Assembly: GCA_964016885.1 (NCBI GenBank)
Contig: OZ024742.1
Span: 301,258,001-301,322,000, forward strand
Length of the DNA: 64,000 bases
Reading direction: 5' to 3'
Source: Eledone cirrhosa
Lineage: Eukaryota
Shown here: positions 38,486 through 54,095 of the stretch, piece by piece
Layout of the letters: each line of letters opens with the position of its first letter
Numbering within the stretch: the stretch's first letter is position 1
Translations under genes and position numbers: made by a program
Notes under the pieces: model-generated
The model's input: the letters and a program-made list of their open reading frames with translations, nothing else
The model's database searches: none
What the model was told of the DNA's origin: nothing

Positions 38486-41002
38486 AGATAAATCTACTCA
38501 AATATACGGTAGTATCCAATCCGTATGAAGAACTCAATGTAATCCAAATATCATGAAAAGAGAAGATGCATTCAAAAATTGTCGATGAAAATCACAGGAA
38601 AACAGAGTCAAGATAAATTAATAAAAACAATGAATAAAAACAAAGAACAAGTTACTTATATTAAAAAATTCATCATTTTACGATCGTTTCTAGGATATAT
38701 ATGTGTGTTGGTATGTATATCATATAGATCTATGTAAAAATATTACAAATTATCAGAGGAAATATACATACCTTCACATACATATGCTGTCTTCAGAAAT
38801 AATGAGATTTGTTTATTGAAAAAAACCAACAAAGATTTAATATAATAGGTCTGTTTGGGAACAGGTTTTGAATTGACCAATAGAAAAGTAATAAAAAGTC
38901 AAGTTGATAGAATAGTAGTAGTAGAAATTTAATTTAGGGGTAGAGGAATGCAGACTTATGTTTTGAAAGGAAAAAATACTTTGAATGAAAAGAGGTCAAG
39001 CCGGTGAAGGGTACACGAAAATTTGATGTTATTAAAGAATAATATTAAAAACGAAGGAGAGTAAAATTTTAGGGTAAAGGTATTAGTGAGAAATACCAAT
39101 CTTATTTAAAACACAAGGAATTTAGATCTATAACAAGAAATTAAATTAATTGATAAGTATACTTATAGGGATAAATTTATATTAATTCATATGGATGTGA
39201 TAAATAAGAATTAGATGTTATTAAAGAATGTTGTTAAAAACGAAGGAATAAAATTTTAGGATAAGTGTAGTAGTGAGAAATACCAATCTTATATAGACTA
39301 CAAGGAATCTAGATTCATAACAGGAAATTAAATTAATTTATATGTATACTTTTAGGTATTAATTTTAGGAAAAGAGAGCTGTAAGAGGGAAATAAAATTA
39401 TGAAGTTCTCTGTAGTAAAGTACTAATTATAGGTTAACTAAATTTAAAAAAAATAATTATAATAATATGTAAAATATAAGTGTAAGGTGTATATTAATTA
39501 GGTTTATAACATTTGAAAGTTCTTCTAATTCTATGATTGCAAGATATAATTAATTCTTGTCGCTTATTTAATAGGATATCCTTACATTTCATTATTTCAA
39601 AAAGTTCCTGGGAGCATAATCTACACTCATATCTGTTATTTTGATAAGGGGTGGCCTTTTTGAGCACACTCCAGGTCAGGTTGTAATCGATATTCTTTTT
39701 TCTATAATTATTAATTGTTTCAGCCAAGGATGTTGTATTAGCTAATGCGGCATTTTTAAAACTATGTTTGTGCGTATTAAATCTTACTTTAAATTGGTTA
39801 GACGTAGCTCCTATATATGAATAAGTTGAGTCCTTAGTGCTAATTTTACATTTATATACTGTTATTAATAAGACAATTTCCCTTTAATAGGCAATTTCTT
39901 TTGTTTCTACAGTTACAACCATTCGTGAGTATTATATCAGGGGAGTTAGTCAAATTTGGTGTGGAATTTACTCGACTTGTTATATGTGAAGGAGATGGTG
40001 GTTTGTTGCGGTTTATTTTAGTATTATGGTTGGTTTGATGTGTTGGTGGTATAATCGTGGTTATTTTACATTTATATACATTGTAGGCACTTATATTTTG
40101 TTGTATATTTTTGGTAGTGGAGTAAGAATATTTGACAGTTGATCTATTTAAAATTTGATGGTATTTATGGTTTGGCGGGAAGTTTTCTCTAGGATAGTAA
40201 AACATTTTTTAGGGATATTATCTTTAATTTGTAGATTAAATGGAGCATTAAACCAAGTAACTCGTCTATTACGGTTTCGATGTTGTTTTTTTATATTTAT
40301 ACGATGTATCAGGATGTTTACTAAGAGAGTTAGTATTAGTGAATTTATTATATATAGGTTTAGTTAGATTAACTGATTTAGGTGTTTTAGTCTGATTATT
40401 AGGAATGTTGTTAGTAATGTTATTAACGTATATTGGAGTATTAGGATGAATGTGTTTTTTTTTAAAGTTATTATATTGTATGCGAGAAGAGGTAGAGAAA
40501 TTAAGTTTTAGGTTGGTATTTTGGGGTGTAGTGTGAGTGGCATTTAGGTGTGTGTTTTTCATTTGGTGTGTGTTGGTAATATTAGGTTGTATGTTTGAAG
40601 TATTATTGGTGCAAGGTATATATATATTGGTGCAAGGTATATATTTGTTTTGTTTTTGTTTGAAGTAGTATTGGTGCAAGGTATATATATATTGGTTCAA
40701 GGTATATATTTGTTTTTGTGGCCGCTTCTAGCTAAAGCTTCGTTATAAAAGGTTGCATTTTTATCGAATATATCCTGGTTAGATGAAAGGTTAGAAATTC
40801 TGAGTGAGATATTATATGCTAGGTTTTTAAGGATAGATCTAGGGTGATTGGATTGTGAGTGTATGTAATGTAAGTTTTGGTTAGGTTTATGGTAAGGTTG
40901 GTAGATACCCGTAGATAAGTCTAAAGTTATATCTAGGAAATTAACTATTTTACTGGTGTTTTCAAATGTAAATATAATTGTTTGGTCCGAAGGAGTGAAC
41001 AA
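38470..41002 (-). mobile_element. 5'-truncated Penelope-like element (Naiad-like) between (TA)n tracts
   Basis: NFLDITL, YIHSQSNHP, RRVTWFNAPF, CNCRNKRNC...GNC, GIY-YIG (YIGATSNQFKVRFNTH), C.LC..E; pLTR with hammerhead. Confidence 0.8.
38671..38804 (-). ncRNA. Type I hammerhead ribozyme motif in the pLTR
   Basis: cattattt-CTGAAGA-long stem II-GAAA-cgatcg-TA-aaatgatg. Confidence 0.7.
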
Positions 41003-41026
41003 CAGTAAAGATGGGATTTATTCTTG

Positions 41027-42860
<1,834 letters not shown>

Positions 42861-42974
42861 TGCTGAAAATTTAAAGTAAGTGAGACTGTCACTACTCTAA
42901 AACAATAGCGTAAGGTCTTCGAAATGCTTTTAATTAAGCATACAGTGTATTGCAAAATACACTATATATATACA

Positions 42975-43093
<119 letters not shown>

Positions 43094-43770
43094 AAAAGTT
43101 TGGTAGAAATATCCAAGGGTAGGAGCACCTAGTCCATGGGAGGAGTACCAGTTCAGGGCAGAGGATTGACAGAATTATTAGAACATTGGATGAGATACCT
43201 TGCATTATCTAATCCTGCTCTTTGTATACTGAGGTCAAATTCCACCAATGTACCGAAGGTTAACCCCCTAATAAGTCAATAAGGAGATTGTAACCAACAA
43301 TCACAAGAACGTCATTGTCAGTAACCTAGCTCCCTAAAACGTCTCAAACACTGCAGGCTGTAAAAAATACTTTGCCCGTAATGCCAGTGTTTTAAAAGTT
43401 CATTCTGTTCGGCTATAGATGCAGTGATCCACACATTTACTACACCATCCGAGATGTGGGAGAGAAGGAAAGAGAAAGAGCTGTTAACTGTGGGGAAGCT
43501 GGACTGTTAACAATAAGATTCTTGTTATTGTCGGTGACTCATTTTACTGATGCATCAGGTGATGCTACTTGTGAGAGAGTTCTTAATTATTCCAGTATCT
43601 TAGTCTTGCTATCACCTGCAGCAGTGCTGTGTGTGACTGTTGGCTAGCCTAAAAAATCATTAGAGGGTAAATTCAGCTCCCCTTGTTGTGGATTGTTGTT
43701 GAGTATGTACGTCTTCTGCATTTTGGTTTTCTTTTTTCATCTTTTTTTCTATTATAAATATATACAATGT

Positions 43771-44017
43771 TTGAATATATATAAAAATGAGAAAAACCAT
43801 CGCTAGAACAGCCGTTAAAACCGCTAAATGTTCACAAAGACAACGATAAGCAAAAATGCCTCAAAGTACAGAGACCAACAGCCAGTGGTCAACAGTTGAC
43901 TACTGGCTGCTGGTCTCTGTCCTCTGCGGAATGTTTGCTCATCGCTGTTTTTGACAGCATTTAGCGGTTTTAACGGCTGTTCTAGCGATGAGTTTTCTCA
44001 TTTTTATATGTATTCAA
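43771..44017. mobile_element. Fold-back MITE-like palindrome (~247 bp, centre 43894)
   Basis: Arms are imperfect reverse complements meeting at gtcaac-a-gttgac. Confidence 0.8.
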
Positions 44018-44700
44018 TCAAATACACTTACGCTTCATCTCGATCAGAGACAACATTGTATTACATATAGTGTTTATTTGTATGCATAATTATATGGAAT
44101 AAAAGTTTAATCCTGATAGAAGAACAAAAGCACAAAGTGATGTTCATCTCGATGTCGTGTAAGTGAAGTGGTCCAGATTACTTGGTTTCGTAAATGTAAT
44201 GATAAGCCGCAATATGTCAATAATGCATAGTTATCTATTGTAAAACTATAAGTAGTGTTAGAAAATATTTTACCATCAATAAATACTCAAACTTAATTAG
44301 AGATACGATGTGTGTAAGTGTGTTTGCACGGTACTTATAGAACTATCATCATTGTTTTATTGCTGTTTTTTCTTCTTTTTTATTAATATAATTTATGTAG
44401 AACAATTTTTATAGTATTTATTGATCATTAACGTTATTTATCCCCCCCTTCAAATGTTATATAATTTTATCAGCAAGTGCATTGTTGTTTTAAAGTAATT
44501 CTTGAGGTTATGGATTTCTTTCTACATTACATATTAACCGTGAGGTGTATATAAAGTATGTTACGAAGTGTGCATTAAATATACTCCACTCCACAGTAAC
44601 ACACTAATACACATATACAAACACATGCATACACACGTGTATTTATATTTGTATGTGTATTTATAAATATATGTGTATAAGTATTATATATATACGTGCG

Positions 44701-44732
<32 letters not shown>

Positions 44733-44745
44733 CAAACACAAACAC

Positions 44746-44787
<42 letters not shown>

Positions 44788-45883
44788 CTATATATATAAA
44801 ACAGAGGATGTGTGTTTGTCTGTGTGTGTGTGGATGCTACATTATTCGAGGTTGGCGTCTATACCGCTCGCCCGATCTCGCTCAAATTTGCATACATCAC
44901 TCCTCATGACCCTTTACATTGCTTAGGCTACTTTGTTTTTTGATAGGTCCCCCCAGGGGCCCGCAATCTACCTTTTTGTCTATTTTGGGTGAAATCGGGA
45001 GGTGAGGTTGCATTTTATGCACGCGTGAAACATTTTTCCTTTTGAGTTTTTTGACCCGTTTTTTTGTTAATATGGGTAGAAAAGAGTCTAAATTGTGTTG
45101 ACGTGCTCGAATCATTTCGAAATTCGGTCGAGAGTGAAGCTTGAGGTCGAATCTCCACTTCGTATATAGAGAGACAGGAATAACAGGTCTTATAGTAACA
45201 TTACCTTCCCCTTCCCCCTTCTTTAGAGAGAGAGAGAGAGAGAGAGGAAGATAGAGAGAGAAGTTTTGGGTGTCACAGAAATATTACATTCACCTCTCCA
45301 CTTTGGTCAGTGAGCGAACCACTGTTGCTATAGTAACATTACCTTCCCCTCTCCACTTACTTTGGTCTTTGAGACCGAGGGAACCACTGTTGCTATAGTT
45401 ACAGCTTCACGTGACACAAACCAGTTCCTGCCAGTTCTGACCACCTGGCACCAGTTGAGTCAGTTTTTGCTTTCTTTCGGTCGAGAAGTGGACAAATTTT
45501 CGCCTTCAATCAAAAAAAAAATTTCATGAACGGCTGGAGGTGGCAGCTTTTATTCTGTTTTGGCAAGACTGCTATCAAAAAATTCTGCAGACTCTTATCG
45601 TTGATTTGAGTGGCCTGCAAAGCTTTGGTTTTCAAACGCTACACTTGCTACTTGGTTAGGCTACTGTGTAGACGTGTGCTTCACTCTCACTGCATTACAT
45701 TTTGTGACCTCGCTTTCGGACTTTGCCATTCCCAGTACGTTTTTTGTTTACTTTTTTCTTGCTTAAAATTGTAACAATTTGTCACTTTTTTTTACCTTCC
45801 CCAAAATACTGCTTATCACCTTCGCTTTTTTGCCTTTGCTCTAAACCTGCTTCCCCTTTACTGTTTACTGTACTATTGCAACC

Positions 45884-48800
45884 ATGCCACTGAAAAGAAA
45901 GAGTACCCTTAGCCGTAGGAAAACATCGTCTGTTGTTTCAAAAAAGAGGTGATTGAATGAGCAGTCTACGGATGCCAGACTGCATTTTTGGCTACAAACC
46001 CCTGTTACTTCGCTTTCAAACTTAAGTACCCCTAGCACAGCCAAACCCAGTGCCTCTCTATCTACGGTTACCGCTTCGAATCGTGCCATTCGTAATTGTC
46101 GGAATGCAGTTGCAACAGCCGCCTCTAGGGCAGCAGAGAGTGACAGCCAAAGAGCTCTTCGTAGGGCTAGGAATGCTGCAAGGGCGTCCGAAACTAAACA
46201 GCAAACAGCCACCAGACGGTCAAAGAACGCTGCTTCAACCGCCGCCTCCCGTGCCGCAGAAACCGACCAGGAGACAGCCATCCGAAGGTCCAAGGACTCC
46301 GCCTCCAAGGCAGCTGCCAGAGCATCCCAGACCGAGATACAGACAGCCATCCGAAGGGCCAAGTACTCCGCCTCCACCGCAGCTGCCAGAGCATCCCAGA
46401 CCGAGATACAGACAGCCATACGAAGGTCCCAGAACGCTGTATCCACCGCCGCCTCCCGTGCCGCAGAACATCAAACAGCCCGCCGTGCTCGGTTGGACAC
46501 AAACAACGCACTAAGAGACACCGCCAGAGGAACAACGAGTCCACATGAGTCATTTTGGCTTATGAAGGCTTTCAACTACGATCCAACAGTAAAATACTCC
46601 GACTGTACGGACATTCAACTAGGCAGGATGTATGTCATATGCCAATTCTGTGGTGCAGAGAAGTGGCCCGGAGAACCACCTGGCCTGTGCTGCTCTAATG
46701 GGAAGGTTTCACTTCCTCCTTTGGCGGCCCCTCCAGAACCTTTGCGAGAACTTAGCGGAGAGACCTCTACGTCAACAGACTTCCTTGGCAACATAAGGAA
46801 ATACAACTGCGCCTTCCAGATGACTTCGTTCGGGGCCAAAATTTTCAGAGAAAGCGGGTGGATGCCAACCTTTAAGGTTCAGGGCCAGGTTTACCACTAT
46901 GTCGGTCCTCTACAGCCTGCGCCGTCAGCGCAACCCGCCTTCCTGCAAATTTACTTCATAGCTGACTACAACAAGCAGGCTGACATGCGCTCATCTGTCA
47001 TCCCAGCTGATGGCACTAGAGAGAACCTGGACAGAGACGTCCTCCTTGCGCTGCAGCAAATGCTACACTCCGAAAACAGCTACGTGCAGAGCTTCAAGTA
47101 CGCCTTGGAGACTACTGACCTGCCTAACTTCAACATTGTCATCGATACCGACAAAAGACCATCCGGAGAACACGCCCGTCGATTCAACGCGCCCGCGTGC
47201 AACGAGGTGGCAGTCGTCCTTCACGGAGACCAGCACAACCCCCGGGATATCGTCATATCCAACCGTGCAACTGGCCTCCACAGAATACGCGAAACACACC
47301 GATCCTACGACAGCCTCCAATACCCTCTACTTTTCCCCCGCGGCGAGGAAGGCTACCACTTCAAGACTCCACACTGCCAGTCAAACCAGCCCTCCGTTGC
47401 TGCCGCCAAAACCGTGTCCTGCAAGGAATTTTACGCATACCGACTCATGCCTCGGAGAAACTGTTTCAACAGTTTGCACATATCGCAGGACCTACTGAAC
47501 CAATTTTCGGTGGATATGGCAGCAAAGATGGAGTCAGAACGACTGGCCTTCATTCGAACCCACCAGCAGCAACTGCGTAGCGAAAGCTACATACACCTGC
47601 GCGACGGCTTCACCAACGACGGGGATCCCCGAAACATTGGCAAGGTCTGCATCCTGCCTTCTACCTTCACTGGAGGACCTCGGTGCATGCACTAGAGGAC
47701 TCAGGACGCCATGACCTATGTGCGGGCCTACGGCTGTCCTGACCTCTTCACCACCTTCACGTGCAACCCGAAGGCGGATGAGATCACCCGAGAACTCCTT
47801 CCAGGGCAGTCATACCACCACCGCCTTGACCTCATAGCGAGGGCTTTCGAGAGGAACATACAGAAAATGAAGGCATGTTGTGCAAAAGCTAACATCTTCG
47901 GCCCTGCTAGATGCCATACGTACACCGTAGAATGGCAGAAACGGGGCCTGCCTCACATTCATCTGTTACTGTGGCTGCAGAACAAGATCAACTCCAACGA
48001 CATCGACAAATTCATCTGCGCAGACATCCCCAACCCTGCCACCGACAAAGAACTCTTCGACGTCGTCACGACTTCCATGATACACGGACCCTGTTATCCG
48101 GGTTCTAACCATTCGTGTCAGAAAGACGGGATCTGTAGTAAGAGGTACCCTAGGAAATTTGTTTCAGAGACCCAGACAGGGCACGACGGCTATCCCCTGT
48201 ACAGGCGCCGGTCGCCTGAAGACGGTGGTTTTACTGCCATTGTAAGGGGCAAGCAAGTCGACAATCGATGGGTGGTCCCCTATTGTCCACTTCTCACTTC
48301 GACGTTCCAAGCCCACATTAATGTGGAATTCTGTAGCTCAGTTAAATCGATTAAATATGTTTGCAAGTACGTCAACAAGGGCTGCGATTCCACCGCATTC
48401 GCCCTCCAGTCCGACCGGGACGAGGTCAGTGAGTACCTATCGGCCCGGTACATAAGTACAAACGAAGCGTTTTGGCGAATTTTTGGTTTTTCTATCCATG
48501 AAAGGTACCCCAAAATCACAAACCTGGCGGTCCACTTAGAGAACGGACAGCGGGTTTACTTTACGGCCACAAATGCTGCTCAAGTTGCGGCTAACCCCAA
48601 AGAAACCACGTTAACTGCTTTCTTTAAGCTCTGTCACGTAGACGCTTTTGCGAGAACTCTAATTTACCTTCAGGTGCCGTCCTACTTCACTTGGCGCCGC
48701 AATAGCTGGGTACGGCGAAAAACTGGTAAGGCAGTTGAATCGCATCCGGGAGTTAAATTTTCTGACTGCCTCGGTAGAGTCTACACGGTTCCCCCAACCC

Positions 48801-50694
48801 AACCTGAGTGCTTTCACCTGCGCATTCTTCTGCACGAGGTCAAGGGGCCGCAAGGTTTCTTTGACTTAAAAACAGTAAACGGGGAACTTTGCAACACTTT
48901 TCGAGAAGCCTGCTTTAGGCTTGGTCTCTTGGAAGATGATTCTCAATGGGACTCGACCCTCGCCGATGGTGCTCTGCTGAAATCCCCACAGAAATTAAGG
49001 GAACTGTTTGCCTTTTTGCTGCACAATTGTGGCTTAGCTAACCCTTCAGCCCTTTGGCTGAAGTACAGGGACGATTTGTGCGAGGACTTCCTCCGCACAG
49101 TCAAACGGCAAAATCCGTCTTTAGAAGTGGGGTTCACCGAAATCATTTACAATCAAGGGCTAATTTCCATCCAAGAAGAGCTCCTTCAACTAGGGGGGAA
49201 TGACTTGCCAACATACGGCTTGCCAGCCGCCAGCAGGCAAAATGTTAGTGTGCTGGGTCCAGATATTCTGTTGGAGACATCTTACGATGTCGCCATGTTG
49301 ACAACTTTCCTAGATGAAAATGAACGTAAGCTTCTTCCCGAGCAAAGGGTTGCTTATGAGACTGTCGTTGACAGTGCACTGGGTGGATTAGGTTGTGTCT
49401 TCTTTCTTGATGCCTCTGGCGGTACAGGCAAAACCTTCGTTACCTCCCTCATTTTGGCGCGTCTTCGACAACAAAAAATGATTGCCCCTGCGGTCGCCTC
49501 ATCGAGGATCGCCGCTACCTTGCTGCCTGGAGGGAAGACAGCTCGTGCTGCCTTTAAGCTTCCGTTGGACCTCGCACGAACTAATACGCCGACGTGCAAC
49601 ATTAGCAAGCACTCCGACAAAGCGGCACTTCTCGCAAAATGTTGCCTCATTGTGTGTGACGAATGCACCATGGCACATAAGGGTGCTCTGGAGGCATTAG
49701 ATAGGAGTTTAAAAGATATCAGGAACTCCTCGGCACCCTTGGGTGGCGTGACTTTACTGCTTTCGGGTGACTTCAGGCAAACGCTGCCTGTTATCCCCAA
49801 AGGGACAAGGGCTGATGAAGTCCGCGCATGCCTGAAGTCGTCGACGCTTTGGCCTATCGTTCGGACACTCCGCCTGAGCGTTAACATGCGGGCGCAGTTG
49901 CTCGGGGACAGCACGTCTGCTGAATTCGGCCAGGCCATCCTAGCTATAGGGGAAGGCCGACTTCCTTCCAACGAAAAGGGTGAGGTGTCGCTGGCATCTG
50001 TCAGTAATACAGTTGACAGTCCTCAGGCCCTTTTAGAAGCTGTTTTTCCAAACCTACAGGTTAACTACACTAACTTAGATTGGCTTAGTTCAAGAGCCAT
50101 CCTAGCCCCCAAAAACTCTGCTGTTAATGCTCTCAACGAAGAGCTACTCGGCAAGATTCCAGCCTAAGAGAAAATTTTTAAGTCTATAGACCGCGTCACC
50201 GATCCACAGGAGGCGACGGATTACCCAGTAGAGTTTTTGAATAGCCTTGACCCCCCAGGTCTCCCACCCCACATCCTGAAGCTCAAGGTCGGCAGTCCGA
50301 TTGTGCTTATGCGTAACATGCGCCCCTCAAAACAGTGCAACGACACTCGAATGGTAGTCAAATCAATGACGAACCATCTCATTGAAGCAACCATTTTAAC
50401 TGGTTGTGGTAAAGGTGAGAGCGTCATGATCCCAAGGCTAAGCATCCAACCTTCGACCACGGACATCCCGATAGGTTTAGGCGACATCAGTTTCCCGTAA
50501 GGCCCTGCTTCGCGATCATCATAAACAAATCTCAGGGTCAAACTTTGTCCGTGGCGGGCATTCATCTAAAAGAGCCCTGCTTTGCTCATGGTCAACTTTA
50601 TGTTGCCTGCTCGCGAGTTGGGAGTAAGGACTCCCTTTTTTCATACACACCCAACGGTATGACCCGCAACATAGTCTACAAAGAGGTCCTGTAA
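45884..50694 (+). pseudogene. Helitron Rep (HUH) - PIF1 helicase; three in-frame stops (45950, 47693, 50165) and a frameshift near 50480
   Basis: FTTFTCNP, VEWQKRGLPHIH, KYVCKYVNKG; GGTGKT, DECTM, GDFRQ, NKSQGQ, HGQLYVACSR; zinc finger CQFC...CC. Confidence 0.93.
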
Positions 50695-50781
50695 CGTGCA
50701 TTACCACTGAGATGATTTAACACAAAAAGAGTTTATATATATACAAACACATACACACACTCACATACAGATATATATATA

Positions 50782-51425
50782 TCATTATCTATAAAAGCGA
50801 GTGTGTGTGCATGTTCCTTTTCTATACGATTAAAAGAAAAACACCTCCTTCAATGGAAAATTACTTATCAATATTCGAAATAGCTTCAATTAGGTCATGC
50901 AGAATTTATATATTTAAAATTAATCCCCAATTACGCAAAAAAATCGATAAAACTCAATAATTCACGATATACCTCTCTCATAAATCTGATATCGAAACTG
51001 AAGATTACGACCCTAAATGGTGGACAGTTCGAAATACTGCTGCTGCTGTGCGTCTGGCTGTTGCTCATCTCATTCTATCAGGCTCTTCCAACAACTTTAC
51101 AGTACTTTATCATCCGTTAAAAAAAAAACTGTTTTTTGGCTATTTTTTGTTTTCGACAGAAAATTTATTACGATTTCTGTTTGCTATTCTTAATATATAT
51201 ATTTTTTTTGTGTTCCCTTTTTGTGATTCTTGTTGGTTTCTTGGTTGAGAAAAGAAGATGGTAAAACCGGGTTGAAGAGATTTTCATTTCTAAATTCTAT
51301 TATCATTACAACTTTGACATATTTTATGTAAAGTGAATATGAGAAAAAAAAATTCTTCATATTTATTGTTTCCTAATCTGAATAAAAACAGCAGTAACCC
51401 GGGCAACGCCGGGTCATTCAGCTAG
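50782..51425 (+). mobile_element. Probable separate non-autonomous Helitron providing the 3' end
   Basis: A|TCATTATCTATAAAAGCGAGTGTGTG start-like motif; hairpin + CTAG|T. Confidence 0.55.
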
Positions 51426-52576
51426 TATATATATATATGATAAACTTATGAAAATTAACAAAGAGAGAACAAAACAACGAACGAAAACAAGGCAAAACGA
51501 AAAACAATTTTTTAGGGGATAACCTTAAACATTTTTTTTTTTTTAAATTAAAAATACAAACGAATGTCACAGAACTCCAGGATCATTTGCCGATGAGATG
51601 AACTTTGGTATTTTTTACCCCTACTAACGGTACTGCTGGTCCACCCGGGGTCACGGCGTCTGATACAAGTCAAAGCGTTGTCCAGTGGATTAAGAGACGA
51701 GAGACAAAACATTAACTTACAGCAATCAAGCTATGGCAAGTAGACATAGAATATTATGTGACACCAGGGAGAAAGTGTTGTAGTTGAAAGATCAATTTAG
51801 TAAAGTTAAGCCAACAATTTTCAAGCTCAGTGTGGTTCAACAATCATCAAATAGAACGAGCAGAATAATTCAATGTATAAGGAGTCAATAATTAAAACAT
51901 TGGGTAAACCAGACCTATCAACTTTCCCCATCGGAAAGGGATTTCTCTCACCCGCTTTGGGGTGGGTGAGAGATGTCTTCTCTTGTGGAATGGGTATAGC
52001 TTTCATTATGTAAAATCTCCCCATTTTACCTAATTTCTCCTCGTTTTGGGGCACCTTTTTTCATGGTACTTCTCGTTTGGGTTTTTAGAGGTTGGCAGGT
52101 CTGGTGAACAAATCTGACATTTATTGTATGAATGTTAATACACAAGGCATTTAAATAATGAATCCATGAATTCTGAAGGAATTTAAAACATTTTTATTCA
52201 TCTTTCCTGATGCTTGGATGTTATTCTCAAGAACATGTTTCTGAAGATACTAATAAGATGTGAAATTATGTGCTCAGTTAGATTATTCAGTTTTATGCTC
52301 ATAACTTATGGATTTATTTCTATACTCTATAACACAGCTTAATCAAACTGTTCCATTTACCATATCTTTTGCATTTTATCCGTTTAAACATGTGTAAGAT
52401 GAATGAAAATGTCGTAAATTACTTCTAATTACCTGTATATACATATATATATACAGATGGATGGGTGGAAAGACGGGCAAAAGACAGACAGACGGACAAA
52501 CAGACATATGTGTATGCATGTGTACTGAATATGTATGTATCTATTATTTACGATGTCTTTTGTATTTCTTTTTCAG

Positions 52577-52849
52577 GATGTATACTTCCTTATATGTACA
52601 TACCCGATGTCGCTCAAGAACTTAACATTCAGAAAGAACAGTCTGCATTCTTACTTTCAATAACTGGCATCACAAACACAATCTCCAGAATGTTGTGTGG
52701 TTTTGTTGTTTACCGTTTCCCAATCCTCAATCCAATTCTATTACTTGCATGTATCTGTGGTATTGGAGGAGTATTATCTTTCTTCGTCTTCCTCTACACC
52801 AGTTATGCCAGTCTGGCTATCTACGCTGCTATAGTAGGCTTCGTTTACG
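52577..52849 (+). CDS. SLC16: SLC16 exon 5
   Basis: tttcag acceptor; GCILPYMYIPDVA...AFLLSITGITNTISR; G|GTATGT donor. Confidence 0.92.
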
Positions 52850-53377
52850 GTATGTGTTATGTTTTTCTGTAAGGTTTGTCCCACTAATTATATTATCAAA
52901 AAACACTCCACAACAAGGATCGCTAGAGTTTCACTCTAATACTTCCTGAGGCATAGTAACACATGATATTGCTATGGATAATAGCGTGACTAAGATGCTG
53001 GAATAACCAAGCACCCTCACAAGCATCACTTGATACATTGTTAATGCAAGCTTCCAACAATAACAAGAAACCTGTTATTAGTGGCCCAGCTTCCCCAAAT
53101 GTTTTCAACACAACAGACTAAAAAAATAGCTTACTGATAATTCCTGGTATTTTAGAATTTTACTTAGTTTGGCTACTCAGGCAATGACCTTCACCTCCGC
53201 TGCAGCATGCAGGATGTGAGAAGGAGCGAAAGAGTAGCTGACTGTGACATCTCGGTAGTGTGCGTGGTCCCTGTTTAGTCAGAGAGGGAAGGGTAGTAAC
53301 CATAAACCTTTGTCAAGGCTTCCAAAACTGATGGGAGGAAGAAAGTAAGGTGGCCCCAACCTGTTAAAGGCACATAA

Positions 53378-53740
53378 AGACTACCACCAACGACCTGGTG
53401 GTGGTATTAAACTGGGCGATGGATTAAGTCTACCATCAGTAGATCAGGTGGTAGTGTTAAATTGGGTGACAGATTAAATCTACCACCCAAGGGTCAGGTG
53501 GTGGTGTTATACTGAGTGATTGATTAAGTCTACCACTCAAGGACCTGGTAGAGATGTTAAATTGGGTGATGGATTAATGAGTATCACCACTTTACAGAAT
53601 GTACTGGGTGTATTATATCATACCATCAGCACCATCACTTTATAGAGCGTATTGAGTGTATTTTATCATGGTATCAATACTGCCACTTTACAGGGTGTAT
53701 TAGGTGCATTTTATCGTAGCATCAGTACTACCACTTTACC
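53378..53740. repeat. Two adjacent degenerate minisatellites
   Basis: aagtctaccac...ggtggt.gt.ttaaattgggtga and caccactttac..agtgtattg units. Confidence 0.7.
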
Positions 53741-53909
53741 AACAACACGAGAACCACTCCTTAGCCGTTTACTATGCTAGAAATAAGTGAGATATTCCCT
53801 AAATCGCAGAATGTGGTCAATGTATGCTCTAAGTATATAGAATTACGAGATGATCATGGATGGAATGTCTTCAATCATAGACCTGCTTGATCAAGGCTGA
53901 CCTGAGCCT

Positions 53910-54095
53910 AAATAATTGTTTCTACTTTTGGCATAAGACCAGCACTTATCCCAGTACGTTACTGGTACTTTATTTTATCGACCCTGGAAGGATGAAAGGC
54001 AAAATTAACCCCGGCAGGATTTGAACTCAGGCCGTAAAGGGACGTAGCGTATGCTGCAAAGCATGGCCCCCGATCCTCTACCGATACTGCCATAA
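53910..54095 (-). mobile_element. SINE S1
   Basis: Core, B-box, tail. Confidence 0.8.

Larger units (their letters stand above)
44787..51425 (+). mobile_element. Helitron (autonomous type, decayed) in SLC16 intron 4
   Basis: A|TCTATATATATAAAA start; RepHel ORF; hairpin acccgg-gcaacg-ccgggt then CTAG|T. Confidence 0.88.

Noticed and set aside
39860-39920. Selenocysteine (UGA) recoding in the Naiad-like linker
   Set aside because: All four Cys codons are TGT/TGC
45865-46446. Antisense ORFs over RepHel and the LINE ORFs
   Set aside because: Shadow frames of GC-rich coding or repeated sequence
52240-52275. Additional hammerhead (CTGAAGA...GAAA)
   Set aside because: Stems I and III cannot be formed convincingly
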